Assembly (NCBI GenBank): GCA_965240325.2
Contig: OZ251236.1
Location: 930,001 to 994,000 of the forward strand
Length of the DNA stretch: 64,000 nucleotides
Source: Rebecca billardiae RCC1528
Lineage: Eukaryota > Protista > Haptophyta
Direction: 5' to 3'
The notes under the pieces were generated by a model, which saw nothing but the letters and a program-made list of their open reading frames with translations, did no database searches and was not told where the DNA came from. Each line of letters starts with the position of its first letter. The first letter of the stretch is position 1. The translations under genes and the position numbers were made by a program. This document shows, piece by piece, positions 20,905 to 31,072 of the stretch.

Positions 20905-23900
20905 ATGCGGGCGACGCCCGCACTCGTGCTCGCTCTGGCGCTCTGCGCCGACCTGCCAGGGGCGCGCGCCGGCTGCGTCCAGAGCGCACTCGACAAGTAC
21001 TGCGCGCGCATCCACACCGGCATGGTCGCGCGGTATGTCACCTCCAAATGGGGCTGCTACGGTGGCACCTCCCCACTCAAACGCGCGCGAGAGTGCGCGA
21101 GCGATGATCACACCGAGGGGTTCGAGATCTGCCCCATGCACGAGCCGATCCCCTTCTTCTTCAGCGACGACCACCACCACAACCTCTATCAGCTGCGCCG
21201 GCAGCACGCGCACTGCATGCTGGACAATGCCCCCGCAAACGCCCCGGTCCGCAACATCAAGCCGCAGCCGAGTGCGCCGCCCCCGCCCTCGAGGCCACCG
21301 CCTCGACCTCCGCCGCCGCCGCCGAGCCCGCCGCCACCGAGCCCGTCACCGCCGCCGAGCCCGCGGCCGCCACCACCGCCGGCGCCACCGCCGCCGAGCC
21401 CACCGCCACCACCTCCGCCCTCGCCTCCGCCGCCGAGGCCGCCGCCGCCACCACCGCCGGCGCCACCGCCACCGAGCCCACCGCCACCACCTCCGCCCTC
21501 GCCTCCGCCGCCGAGCCCGCCGCCGCCACCTAGCCCACCGCCACCAAGCCAGCCACCGCCACCGAGCCCTCAGCCACCGCCGCCGCCGAGCTTGCCTCCT
21601 CCGCCAAGCCCGAAGCCGCCACCGCCGCCGTCACAGCCACCGAGCTTGCCGCCGCCGCCGAGCCCGCCGCCGCCAAGTCCGCACCCGCCGCCACTTCCGC
21701 CGCCATCCGCGCCGCCACAGCCGCCGCCGCCCAGTCCAGCGCCGCCGCCGCCGCCAGGGAGGCCACCGCATCGGCCGCCGACTCCGCCACCGCCGCCGCC
21801 GTCGCCGCCGCCGAGCCCGCCGCCACCGCCGCCGAGCCCACCGCCGCCGCCGCCGAGCCCGCCGCCGAGCCCGCCGCCGAGCCCGCCGCCGCCGCCACCA
21901 GGTAGGCCACCGCATCGGCCGCCGACTCCGCCACCGCCGCCGCCGTCGCCGCCGCCGAGCCCGCCGCCGCCGCCACCAGGGAGGCCACCGCATCGGCCGC
22001 CGACTCCGCCACCGCCGCCGCCGTCGCCGCCGCCGAGCCCGCCGCCGCCGCCGCCGAGCCCACCTCCGCCGCCGCCGAGCCCGCCGCCGAGCCCGCCGCC
22101 GAGCCCGCCGCCGCAGCCGCCACCGCCGTCGGCGCCGCCGAGCCCGCCGCCGCCCATGGGCTGCACCGACCCGCACGCGGACAACTACGACTCGTTGGCG
22201 GTGGTGAACGTGGTGGGCGAGTGCGTGTACACGGGCTGCACCGACCCGAGTGCCTTCAACTTCGACTCGACCGCGACGCTTGACAGCCACGAGCGCTGCC
22301 GCTATTCGCCCCCGCCGAGCCCGCCGCCGCCGCCGACGCCGCCGCCCAGCGCGCCGCCGCCGTCGCCGCCGTCGCCGCCGTCGCCGAGCCCACCGCCGCT
22401 CCCGTCGCCTCCGCCGTCGCCACCGTCGCCGCCCACCGTCGACGCGCCAACCGTCACGCTCTCGAGGCCGGAGCGCCTGAACGCGCTCGGCGAGCGGCTG
22501 GTGAACCCGAGCGGGCGCGTGCGGCTGCAGGCGAGCATCGACGACGTGGCGCGGCAGAAGCAGGCGGCCGGCGCCGTGCGCTGGCAGTACGAGTGGCAGG
22601 TGCGCCGCGCGGACGGCACGCCGCTCGACCTCTCCGACCCGGCGCTCACGACGACGGGGCTCGACCGGCCCGCGTTTGTGCTGCAGCCGCACTTGCTGGT
22701 GCCCGGTGAGACGTACGTCTTCAAGCTGACGGTGAGCGCGCCCGAGCTGCAGCTGGCGACGCCGGCGGAGACGCGCGTGGCGGTGAACGCGCCGCCGCGC
22801 GGCGGCTGGGTGCGCGTCTCGCCGTGGGAGGGCTCCGAGCTGAGCACGCAGTTCAACCTGACGGCGGGCGAGTGGAGCGACGCCGAGCTGCCGCTCACGT
22901 ACACGTTCCTGAGCGCGCGCGGGCACCCGCACGAGCACGACGCGCGCGGCGGGCTGGAGAAGCAGTCGCACTCGACCGAGCGCGTGCTCTCCGACGCGAG
23001 CGCGGCGCCGAGCGCGAGCGCCTTCCTGCCCGCGGGCAACTTCACGATGGTGGTGCGCGTGACGGACGCGCTCGGCGCGTCGGTGCGGAGCGCGGCGGTG
23101 CGCACGGTGCGCGTGACGACGGTGGTGATCACCGCGAGCGCGGTGGACGACCTGCTCTCGATCGCGAGCAGCGCGGACGCGAACACCGCGCAGCAGCTCG
23201 TCTCGGGCCTCGCGGACAAGCTCAACGAGGAGGCGTCGCCGGGCGAGGCGGCGGCGGAGGCGCCCGCGGCGGCAAAGGCGGAGCAGACGCGCGCGCGCGA
23301 GCAGATGCTCGACGTGCTCGAGCAGACGAGCGCCTCGACCGAGCCGCTCTCGGCGACGGCGCTCTCGCAGCGCTCGTCGACGATCAAGGCGGTCGTCGCG
23401 CGGCCCGACGAGCTCACGCCCAAGTCGCAGCTCACCGCCGCCGCGCTCGTCGACAGCCTGGCGAACGCGTCGACGACGACCGGCCTGGACGAGGACACGG
23501 GCGGCGCGCTGGTGAGCTCGCTGAGCTCGCTGCTCGCGACGAACGAGAGCGCGCTCGACGAGGCGTCGGCGCTGCACGTGGGCTCGCGCGTGCAAGGCGC
23601 GGCGAGCAAGATCAGCGGCGCGCTGCTGCACGGCATGTACGCGGGCGAGCCGGCGGTCGAGGCGCAGAGCGCGCAGCTCAACGTGAGCGCGCGCCGCTCG
23701 ACACCGGAGGACCTGCACAACGCGTCGCTGCGCGGGCCGGCGGGCGCGGGCGGGCTGGCGCTGCCGCCGGGCGTGCTCGACGGCCAGTCGCCCGAGCACG
23801 TGAACGACGGCGTGGACGTGAAGCTCGTCAGCTTCGGGCGCAACGTGCACGCCAACCCGGCCAAGCTCGCCGCGAGCCGCGAGGCGCGGCGCGCGGCGTG

Positions 23901-26900
23901 CGCGGCGCTGCGCGGCGCGCGCAATGCGACCGGCGCGCTCAACGCGACGGACGCGGACCTCGCCCGGTGGCGTGCGACGTGCGGCAACGCGACGGACGCG
24001 GCAGGGGCGGGCAACGCGACCGCCGACGAGGGCCAGGTCGAGGACGGCCAGCTGCTCGGCACGCGGCTCGTCTCGATCTCGCTCGCGTCCGCGTCCGCGG
24101 GCTCGGCGCTCAAGGTGCACGGGCTGGCCGAGCCGATCATCATCGAGATGCCGCTCTCGGTGGACGCGGCGTCGATCGAGCCGCTCGCGGCCGAGCGCGA
24201 GGCGCACGCTGCGTGCATGGCCGCGCGGCAGGCGCAGATCGACCCGCTCGAGGCGGCCGCGCGCGCGGAGGCGGTGCGCGCGCTGCTCGGCGCGCTGCGA
24301 CACAACCACCCAACTGGCTTCAACGCCACCGAGCTCGAGCACTGGCGGGCGTGGGCGAACTGGACGCAGCACGCGAACGCGACCGGCGGCGCCGGCGCGC
24401 CCGCCGCCAACGCGTCGAGCGAGCTGCCGCCGCCCAGCTGGGCGTGGGCGGAGTGGGCCGACGCGTACGCGCGCGCGGCGCCCGAGGCGGCGCGCGTCGG
24501 CCTCCGCGCAGACCCACTCTTTGGCTTTGGCGCCGACCTGAGCGCCGTGCCCGAGTGCCCCGAGCCGACGCCGGCGACGTGCCAGTACTGGTCGGAGTCG
24601 GCGGGTACGTGGTCGTCGGAGGGCTGCACGACGCTGGGCGTGGTGCGCCGCCGCCGCCACCGCGCGCTCTCGGAGCTTGGCAACGCGAGCGGCGCGGAGG
24701 CGGAGGCGGAGGCGGAGGAGGTGCTGCTGCGGTGCGCGTGCACGCACCTGACGGACTTCTGCGGCATGGCGGTGCCCACGTCGAAGGAGGAGCTGCTCGA
24801 GCAGATCACGGCGGTGTCGATCAACACGTTCTCGCTCCAGGACGTGGGCGACGCGCTGCTCCACTTCGACTACGCCGAGTTCCAGGACATCTACAACCTG
24901 GTGTTTGGGCTGTCTGCGGCGAACGCGCTGCTGCTCGCGGTCGGCTGCTACTTCGACTGGCGGCAGGAGCGCGCCAAGCGCGCGGAGCAGACCAAGTTCA
25001 TCGTGGGCGCGCTGCAGACGAAGCAGCCGCGCGAGGTGCGCGAGCGCGAGGAGGACGCCAAGCTCGAGGGCACGCGCACCGGCCAGGTGATCGTCGCGGT
25101 CGGCAAGGGCGGCGGCGCGAGCAAGTGGCAGGCGGCGCGCGACGCGGAGGAGGACGGCTCTCTGCTCAAGCAGTTCACCACCGACCTGTCCGACAAGTTC
25201 CGCGACGAGCACACGCTGCTCGCGGTGCTCTTCTCGAAGGAGAAGACGTACTCGCGCGCGCAGCTCGTGCAGATCTTCTTCAACGTGATCGCGCTCGAGC
25301 TCGTCGTCGAGTGCATGCTCTACTCGCCCAGCGAGCCGCCCGACCCGACGGTGCCGCCGCCGCCGCCGGCCAAGACGCCGCTCATCACGTACATCATCGA
25401 GTCGATCATCACGTCGTGCGTGTGCCTGCCCGGGCTGATCGTGTTCAAGCAGCTGTGGTACCTCAACGAGGTGTGGCCCTTCCGCCGCTTCGTCGCCGTC
25501 GCCTCGCGCGCCGACCGCGAGGCGGCCGCCGTCGTGCTGCAGGGCGCGCAGCGGCGCAAGCTCGCGCTGCGGCAGCGGCGCGCGCGCGAGCGCAGGCTCC
25601 AGCGCACGACGCAGAAGGAGGCGCGCTCTCGCAAGCCCGAGCCGCCGCCGCCGCGCCGCCGCTCCTCGCTCTTCACCTCGGAGCCGCCGCCCGAGGGCTC
25701 GTTCGCCGCGGAGGAGCTGCAGCGTAAGCAGAAGATCGCGCAGCTCGAGGCGACGGCCGACAGGGCGGCGGAGCGCGCCGAGGCGCTCGACGCGCAGGCG
25801 GAGGCGCTGGAGCTGCGCCGCCACAAGGACGCCGGGGAGAAGGCGGTCGCGGCGCAGGAGGCGGCGAAGCTGCGCGCGGAGGCGGAGCAGATCGGCAAGG
25901 AGGCGGCGCGCGCGCAGCAGACCGCAGACCGAGAGCGCGAGCTTCTGCAGCTCAGGCGGAACAAGGAGCGCGCGCGCATCAAGGCGGAGGCGCGCACAGC
26001 GGAGCAGGAGCGTCGCGCATCGCTCGCAGCCGAGCAGGCGAGCGCGCGCGCGGCCGCGGCCGCGGCTGCGGCGGAGGCGGCGGCCAAGCCGCCTGCCCGC
26101 GGCGGGCTCTTCGGCGGCGCGAAGAAGCGCGACGCCGGGCCCGGCGCGGCACAGACCACCTCGGACTGCACGCCCTCCGAATCGTCGGAGGGCAGCCTCG
26201 GCGGCGGAGCCGGCAAGGGCGCCAGCGGCGGCGCGGCGCGCTCGCGTGACCGTGAGGTGAGGTTGCAAGATGATGCGCGCGCAGCTTCGGCGCGCGCGCG
26301 CACGCTCGACGCGCAGGCGCGCCGCGTGGAGGCGAAGCGGCCGGGCAGCCGCGAGGCGACGCAGCTGCGAGCGCAGGCAAGCGAGGCGGCGCGCGCGGCG
26401 GAGGCGGCGCAGCGCAGGGCGCAGCTTGAGCGCGACGGCGCGCCGATGTCGCGCAAGGGCGACGCCGCTCGCACGCGCGGCTCCGCGCGCGCCGAGCCGC
26501 GGCGGCGCAGCTCGGTCCGGCCAGGCCTGCTCGACGGCGCGTCGGCGGCGCGGCCGGCGCGCGTGCGCGCATACGCCAGGTTCGACGACGACGAGCGGCC
26601 GCGGTGCGTGATCCGGCCCAGGACGTTCCACATCATCTCGTGGGCGTCGATGGGCTTCTGCTTCGTGCTGTGCTGCTCCATGATCATCACGTTCGGCAAG
26701 GTGATCGGCGCGGACAACTCGCACGACATGATGGTCTCGTGGGCGGTCGCGATGACGCAGACGTTCGCTGTGAACGAGCCGAGCGTGATGTCGCTCTCGA
26801 CGGCGCTGCCGTACATCATCAAGCTCGTCGCGCACCTGCCGTGCTGCGCGCCGATCTTTGCGCACTTCGACGGCCTGCAGGAGTGGCTCGACTCGTTCTG

Positions 26901-26931
26901 GGAGCACTTTGCGTGGTTCCTCGAGGCGTAG
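20905..26931 (+). CDS. Polycystin-1-like membrane receptor, copy B (signal, Cys-rich head, long extensin-like SPn stalk, two GCTD-P-A-x-N repeats, REJ-like region, GAIN/GPS, ~5 TM), ~2008 aa
   Basis: ATG at 20905 (MRATPALVLALALC); ~300-aa Ser-Pro(3-6) tract; GCTDPHADNY and GCTDPSAFNF; REJ/GPS/TM core as in copy A. Confidence 0.87.
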   Translation: MRATPALVLALALCADLPGARAGCVQSALDKYCARIHTGMVARYVTSKWGCYGGTSPLKRARECASDDHTEGFEICPMHEPIPFFFSDDHHHNLYQLRRQHAHCMLDNAPANAPVRNIKPQPSAPPPPSRPPPRPPPPPPSPPPPSPSPPPSPRPPPPPAPPPPSPPPPPPPSPPPPRPPPPPPPAPPPPSPPPPPPPSPPPPSPPPPPSPPPPSQPPPPSPQPPPPPSLPPPPSPKPPPPPSQPPSLPPPPSPPPPSPHPPPLPPPSAPPQPPPPSPAPPPPPGRPPHRPPTPPPPPPSPPPSPPPPPPSPPPPPPSPPPSPPPSPPPPPPGRPPHRPPTPPPPPPSPPPSPPPPPPGRPPHRPPTPPPPPPSPPPSPPPPPPSPPPPPPSPPPSPPPSPPPQPPPPSAPPSPPPPMGCTDPHADNYDSLAVVNVVGECVYTGCTDPSAFNFDSTATLDSHERCRYSPPPSPPPPPTPPPSAPPPSPPSPPSPSPPPLPSPPPSPPSPPTVDAPTVTLSRPERLNALGERLVNPSGRVRLQASIDDVARQKQAAGAVRWQYEWQVRRADGTPLDLSDPALTTTGLDRPAFVLQPHLLVPGETYVFKLTVSAPELQLATPAETRVAVNAPPRGGWVRVSPWEGSELSTQFNLTAGEWSDAELPLTYTFLSARGHPHEHDARGGLEKQSHSTERVLSDASAAPSASAFLPAGNFTMVVRVTDALGASVRSAAVRTVRVTTVVITASAVDDLLSIASSADANTAQQLVSGLADKLNEEASPGEAAAEAPAAAKAEQTRAREQMLDVLEQTSASTEPLSATALSQRSSTIKAVVARPDELTPKSQLTAAALVDSLANASTTTGLDEDTGGALVSSLSSLLATNESALDEASALHVGSRVQGAASKISGALLHGMYAGEPAVEAQSAQLNVSARRSTPEDLHNASLRGPAGAGGLALPPGVLDGQSPEHVNDGVDVKLVSFGRNVHANPAKLAASREARRAACAALRGARNATGALNATDADLARWRATCGNATDAAGAGNATADEGQVEDGQLLGTRLVSISLASASAGSALKVHGLAEPIIIEMPLSVDAASIEPLAAEREAHAACMAARQAQIDPLEAAARAEAVRALLGALRHNHPTGFNATELEHWRAWANWTQHANATGGAGAPAANASSELPPPSWAWAEWADAYARAAPEAARVGLRADPLFGFGADLSAVPECPEPTPATCQYWSESAGTWSSEGCTTLGVVRRRRHRALSELGNASGAEAEAEAEEVLLRCACTHLTDFCGMAVPTSKEELLEQITAVSINTFSLQDVGDALLHFDYAEFQDIYNLVFGLSAANALLLAVGCYFDWRQERAKRAEQTKFIVGALQTKQPREVREREEDAKLEGTRTGQVIVAVGKGGGASKWQAARDAEEDGSLLKQFTTDLSDKFRDEHTLLAVLFSKEKTYSRAQLVQIFFNVIALELVVECMLYSPSEPPDPTVPPPPPAKTPLITYIIESIITSCVCLPGLIVFKQLWYLNEVWPFRRFVAVASRADREAAAVVLQGAQRRKLALRQRRARERRLQRTTQKEARSRKPEPPPPRRRSSLFTSEPPPEGSFAAEELQRKQKIAQLEATADRAAERAEALDAQAEALELRRHKDAGEKAVAAQEAAKLRAEAEQIGKEAARAQQTADRERELLQLRRNKERARIKAEARTAEQERRASLAAEQASARAAAAAAAAEAAAKPPARGGLFGGAKKRDAGPGAAQTTSDCTPSESSEGSLGGGAGKGASGGAARSRDREVRLQDDARAASARARTLDAQARRVEAKRPGSREATQLRAQASEAARAAEAAQRRAQLERDGAPMSRKGDAARTRGSARAEPRRRSSVRPGLLDGASAARPARVRAYARFDDDERPRCVIRPRTFHIISWASMGFCFVLCCSMIITFGKVIGADNSHDMMVSWAVAMTQTFAVNEPSVMSLSTALPYIIKLVAHLPCCAPIFAHFDGLQEWLDSFWEHFAWFLEA
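22453..25605. repeat. Right arm of the ~3.15 kb inverted repeat (partner 9683-12838)
   Basis: Near identity to the reverse complement of 9683-12838. Confidence 0.95.
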
Positions 26932-27253
26932 GCCCGTACGGCCGTACCGTAGGGGCGGCTAGAGACGGCTCAGCCGCCGGTGACGCTCTCGTGACTCGCG
27001 GCGTAAATTCTGACTACGATGATAATCAGAGTGATAGCTGATGAGTGATGACGAGTGACGCCGACGTCGACAGACAGTAGACAACGGTAGCGGTTACCTG
27101 ATGATCTGACACGGACTGCTGCATTATATATTATTGATATATAGGTAACAAATCGGATCCCTGTCGGATCCCAAATAGGGCAGCGCGGAAGTCCGTTACG
27201 AGGGCCGCCATCGCCAGTGCGCCCCGCCGACACCCCCTCCGCCGTGCTGCCGC

Positions 27254-30142
27254 TCAAACTCGAGCGAGTTCGCCCGACACGTTGTCGGCGGGCTCCCACG
27301 AGTCGGGCCACGGTTGCCCAGCTCCGTCCACTCCCTCCCAGCGCACAATGTAGCCGACGACACCGTCGCGTGTCTCCTTGCTCACAATGTCATCGACGGG
27401 GTACAGCTCGTCGTCGTCCTCGTCCCTCGTCGTCCTCGCAGCCACTGACAATGTCGCTGTCGTCGTCCTCGTCGTCCTCGTCGTCCTCATCGAGCTCCTC
27501 CTCGTCACTCTCCGACGCGCCATCGTCACCCCGACCCGTCCTGCCTCGCTCGGTGCGTGCCCGCTTGGCGTGCGGTTGTGCATCGCTGGACGCAGCTGCC
27601 GGGTTGCGGATGAAGTCAGCAAGCGCGCGGACGAAGCCCTTGATGCGCTCGAGCGCGGGCATGCGCGCGAGAGAGCCCTGTGTGGAAGAGCGGATCACCT
27701 CGTAGCCACCCACGAGCGCAGCATCGCTCGCGCCGATGAGCGCGCCGACGTCGGCCACTGCGCGCTCAGTTTGTTTGCTAGCGCGGCTCTGACGCCAACG
27801 TTGCCGCCGCTCACGAGCTTGTGCAGCGCGCCGAGCGGCGTGATGCTCACGATGCGCGGGTTGAAGATAAACGAGCCGCTCGAGCACGCCGCCGCCACTC
27901 CGCCGCCGCCGCCGCCGCCGTCGCCGCCACCGCCGCCATCGCCGCCGCCGCCGCCGCTGTCGCCGCCACCGCCGCGCCCGCGCGCTGCCGCGCCCGCGCG
28001 CGCCGCCGCGCGCGGGGCCCGCGCACCATCAGTGCCGTCGTCGTCGTCGTCATCGTCGTCGATGTCGGTGCCGTCATCGCCAGCGTCCCGCTCGTCATCA
28101 GACTCGGCCATGTGGTCCTCCTTCGCCTGTGCTTTGTCGACCATCAGCTGCAGGCGCACCACCGTGTACGACGGCGCCTGCTTGAGCGTCGTGATGAGCA
28201 TATCAGCTCGAGCCGGCCAAATATGGGCCCGCCGACGGCGATGATGTGCAGGGAGTACCCGCCCGGGTCACCATGAAACAAACCTCGCTGCGGCGTCGGC
28301 CGTGCCGATCGTCTTCTGCAGCTCGGTCGCCTGGCACGCCGACGCCTCGCGCAGTGTTCGAGCTCCTCGCCGCTGCTCAGCTCGTTCACCTTGGTGCGCG
28401 AGCCGAGGCGCTGAGAGATCGACGCGAGGAAGCAAGGGCAGCCGCGGATGACCGAGCGATGTGCGCGGTGCACCTTGAGCCGCCCGTGCCGCAGATCCTC
28501 GGGTGCGGGCTCGCCCTCGCCGTAGAGCCTCGCGTGCCAACGCGCCTCGCGCCAGAGGCGCACGCTGACGCTGAGATCGAAATGCTCGCGCGTTGCGGCT
28601 GAAGATCGGCGCACGGGTCGAGAGCAGCTGCACGATCACGCCTCGCGCCTCCTTGCGCTTGGGCATCTCCTTGATCAACCCCGCGACGCGCGTCAACGCA
28701 TCGCCCTGCTTGCCCATCAGCCGAGCCGCTCTCCGCCGCGCGGGCTCACGCGCGCTCTGGTTGGCGTCGACCCAGTCGCCCAGCCCGAGGGCGCGGTGCG
28801 CCCTGGTCGGGCTGCCCGGCAAGAGCACGTTCACGAGCTCCTTGACGAGCGCCTCGGCCGCGCGGCGCAACTCGCGCCAGTACGACGCGCCAATTTCCGC
28901 GGGCGGCTTCGTGACATGCGCCGTGACCGGGCCCGACAGCTTCAGCAGCTCGCCATCCGCCGCGCCTACGGGGTTGGTGATGCCGAGCACGCGGAAGCAG
29001 AGGATGGTCTCCGGCGGTAGCGCGGGCTCGGCGGCGGGCTCTGAGGCGGGGGCAGCAGCGGGGGCGGCGACGGCGAGCGTGGAGAGCACGGACATGTGCG
29101 GCCATAGCCATGGCGCCGACGGGCGCGGGTCTTGCGGGATCTCCGACGGGAGCGAGTCGAGCCACTCGATGATGCTCATCGGCGCGCAGCGCACGCCGCG
29201 CTGCCGCTGCGAGCGGCGCGCACGCGCGCGCGCTTGCGCGCGCTCGACCTCGACATCTGGCTCGCGGGGCGGGATGCTGCAGCCGAACCAGTGCCAGTAG
29301 AGCTTACGCCCGTGCACGCTCAGGCAAGTGCAGTGGGTCGTGTGAATCGTCGTCCTGGCCTCAATCGACACGCGCCAGCCGAGTCCCCGCACGCAGCTCG
29401 GTAGCCGCCACGGAAGGTCGGCCGCGCGAACTGCGTTGTTGAACACGGCGGGGTCCGAGGCGCCGAAGGCACCTGCAAGGGTGTGGCTGAGGTGGATTCT
29501 GACCCAAAGAGCCACCGCCTCCGTGATGCAGAGGGCGTACCAGCGGTCCTTCTCGAGCATGTGCTTCATGCCGTGAATGATTGAGGCAGCCTCAGTCTTG
29601 TCACAGCTGCGCAAGAATGATGATCGACCTTGCGACCAAAATGCTGGATTGTCAGAGATATGCCAGCAGGGCATAGCGTGCGCCGATTTTGGTCGCAAGG
29701 TCGCATCGCCTTCTTGAACTGTGCGCGCGCGAAGTGCCGGCTCGATTCGGGGATGGTGCGCAAAGATGCAACACGCGCACTCGGAGGTGCGGGGCAAGCA
29801 CGGGCGCCGTGCGGGAGCGCGACATCGCGCTTCTACGAGTGCACCACCTGCCCACAGCCGAGGTGGCCCCGCGGCGGGCGTTTCAAGACCGCCCTCGGCT
29901 CGCGACGCGACGAGCTCGTCGATGCGGCTGCCCAGCGCGCTCTTGCCGGTTGGCGAGCGTTTCGACCGGGAGCGAAGCGCGGCGCAATAAGAAGGCGAGC
30001 CAACCGCGGTCCGCTGATAGCAATGGCCAATACGGGATCGCGAATACTTATTGCGGGATCGTTTTGCAACGACTTCCGCGCCTGATCTGCCGCTCAAAGG
30101 ATTTTTTACCTGACGCCTGCCCGTTGCATACCACGTCGTTAA
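27254..30142 (-). mobile_element. Frameshifted, decayed transposon-like coding region with acidic tract and C-terminal chromodomain; N-terminal part reminiscent of Sola3-type transposases
   Basis: Several overlapping broken frames; chromodomain LYPVDDIVSKE...YIVRWEG...DSWEPADNV at ~27254-27410; segment VQLLS...WREARWHARLYGEG...LSSGEEL; ends at a repeat-family terminus beside a TA tract. No catalytic core recognised. Confidence 0.5.
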
Positions 30143-30285
30143 TATATATTTAACGACGTGGCAGCATCGGACAAGCGTCAGGCTCAAGAGTGCAACAGAC
30201 ACATAGAATGCGTCCGCGCCTTCCGACCAGGTCAGACAGTGCGCCACCCGCAGCCCTGCCCCCCTACGGGAGCGGGGCCGGGATG
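30109..30285. repeat. Two opposed copies of a repeat-element terminus joined across a short TA tract (imperfect palindrome 30109-30182); right copy matches 42110-42255 in reverse
   Basis: CCTGACGCCTGCCCGTTGCATACCACGTCGTTAA-TATATAT-TTAACGACGTGGCAGCATCGGACAAGCGTCAGG. Confidence 0.85.
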
Positions 30286-31072
30286 GAGCACCGCCTCGGC
30301 CTGGGGCACGCGGCGGCGACGGCAGATGCCGCCGCGGCCGAGCGCCATGCTGCTATATATGCTGCTTACTGAATTAATTTGATGATGTAGTATTATTATT
30401 ATATATATATAATATAAAATTGCTACTACTGCCTGCCGAGTGCCGTGGCACACTGACTCGTCAAGTGACAAGTCACGTATTACACGGCCTAGCACTAAGC
30501 AGTGAGACTACCGAGTAGCTGTAGTTAGTGAGAGTACTACTGTGAGTACTGGCTGCTATATAACTGTTACTCGACTGCCACCGTTCTGTCCGTTGGCACT
30601 CCGCAAGACTGCGAGTGTGACTGTGAGCCGCCTGTGAGGCGCGGGTCTGGGTCATTACCGCGTCATCCGCCTCCGAGTCCGGGTCGTCCAGCCAGAGAGG
30701 ACTGCACTACAAGACTTCACTCATCATCGGCACTTTTGCTGATGTTGTCTGTGACTCGGCACGCGCGCCAGGACTAGTCTGCCGCCTTTTCAGTTATAGA
30801 CTACAGCACGCTGCTGGCGGCGGCAAGCCATCACTTCCACTTCCAGCCCGGCCCGGCGGCGGCCTGGAAATCTGGATTGGTTGCTCAGGAGCACTGCAGC
30901 CAGGGCCCTTGCAGCCGTGCAGCATCGGTCACAGGTCGTACTAAACAACCGTCGCGCAGCGCAAGACTTCCACTGGTCACCGAAGGCTTTACAAAAAGTA
31001 CGGCTTTACCCCCATACAGCTTTGCTGCCGCAACCGCAAGCCGCCATCGCGTATTTCGCGTGGTCGTTGGGG

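Noticed and set aside
21570-22184. Poly-Gly ORF on the minus strand
   Set aside because: Antisense of the Pro-rich stalk of receptor copy B.
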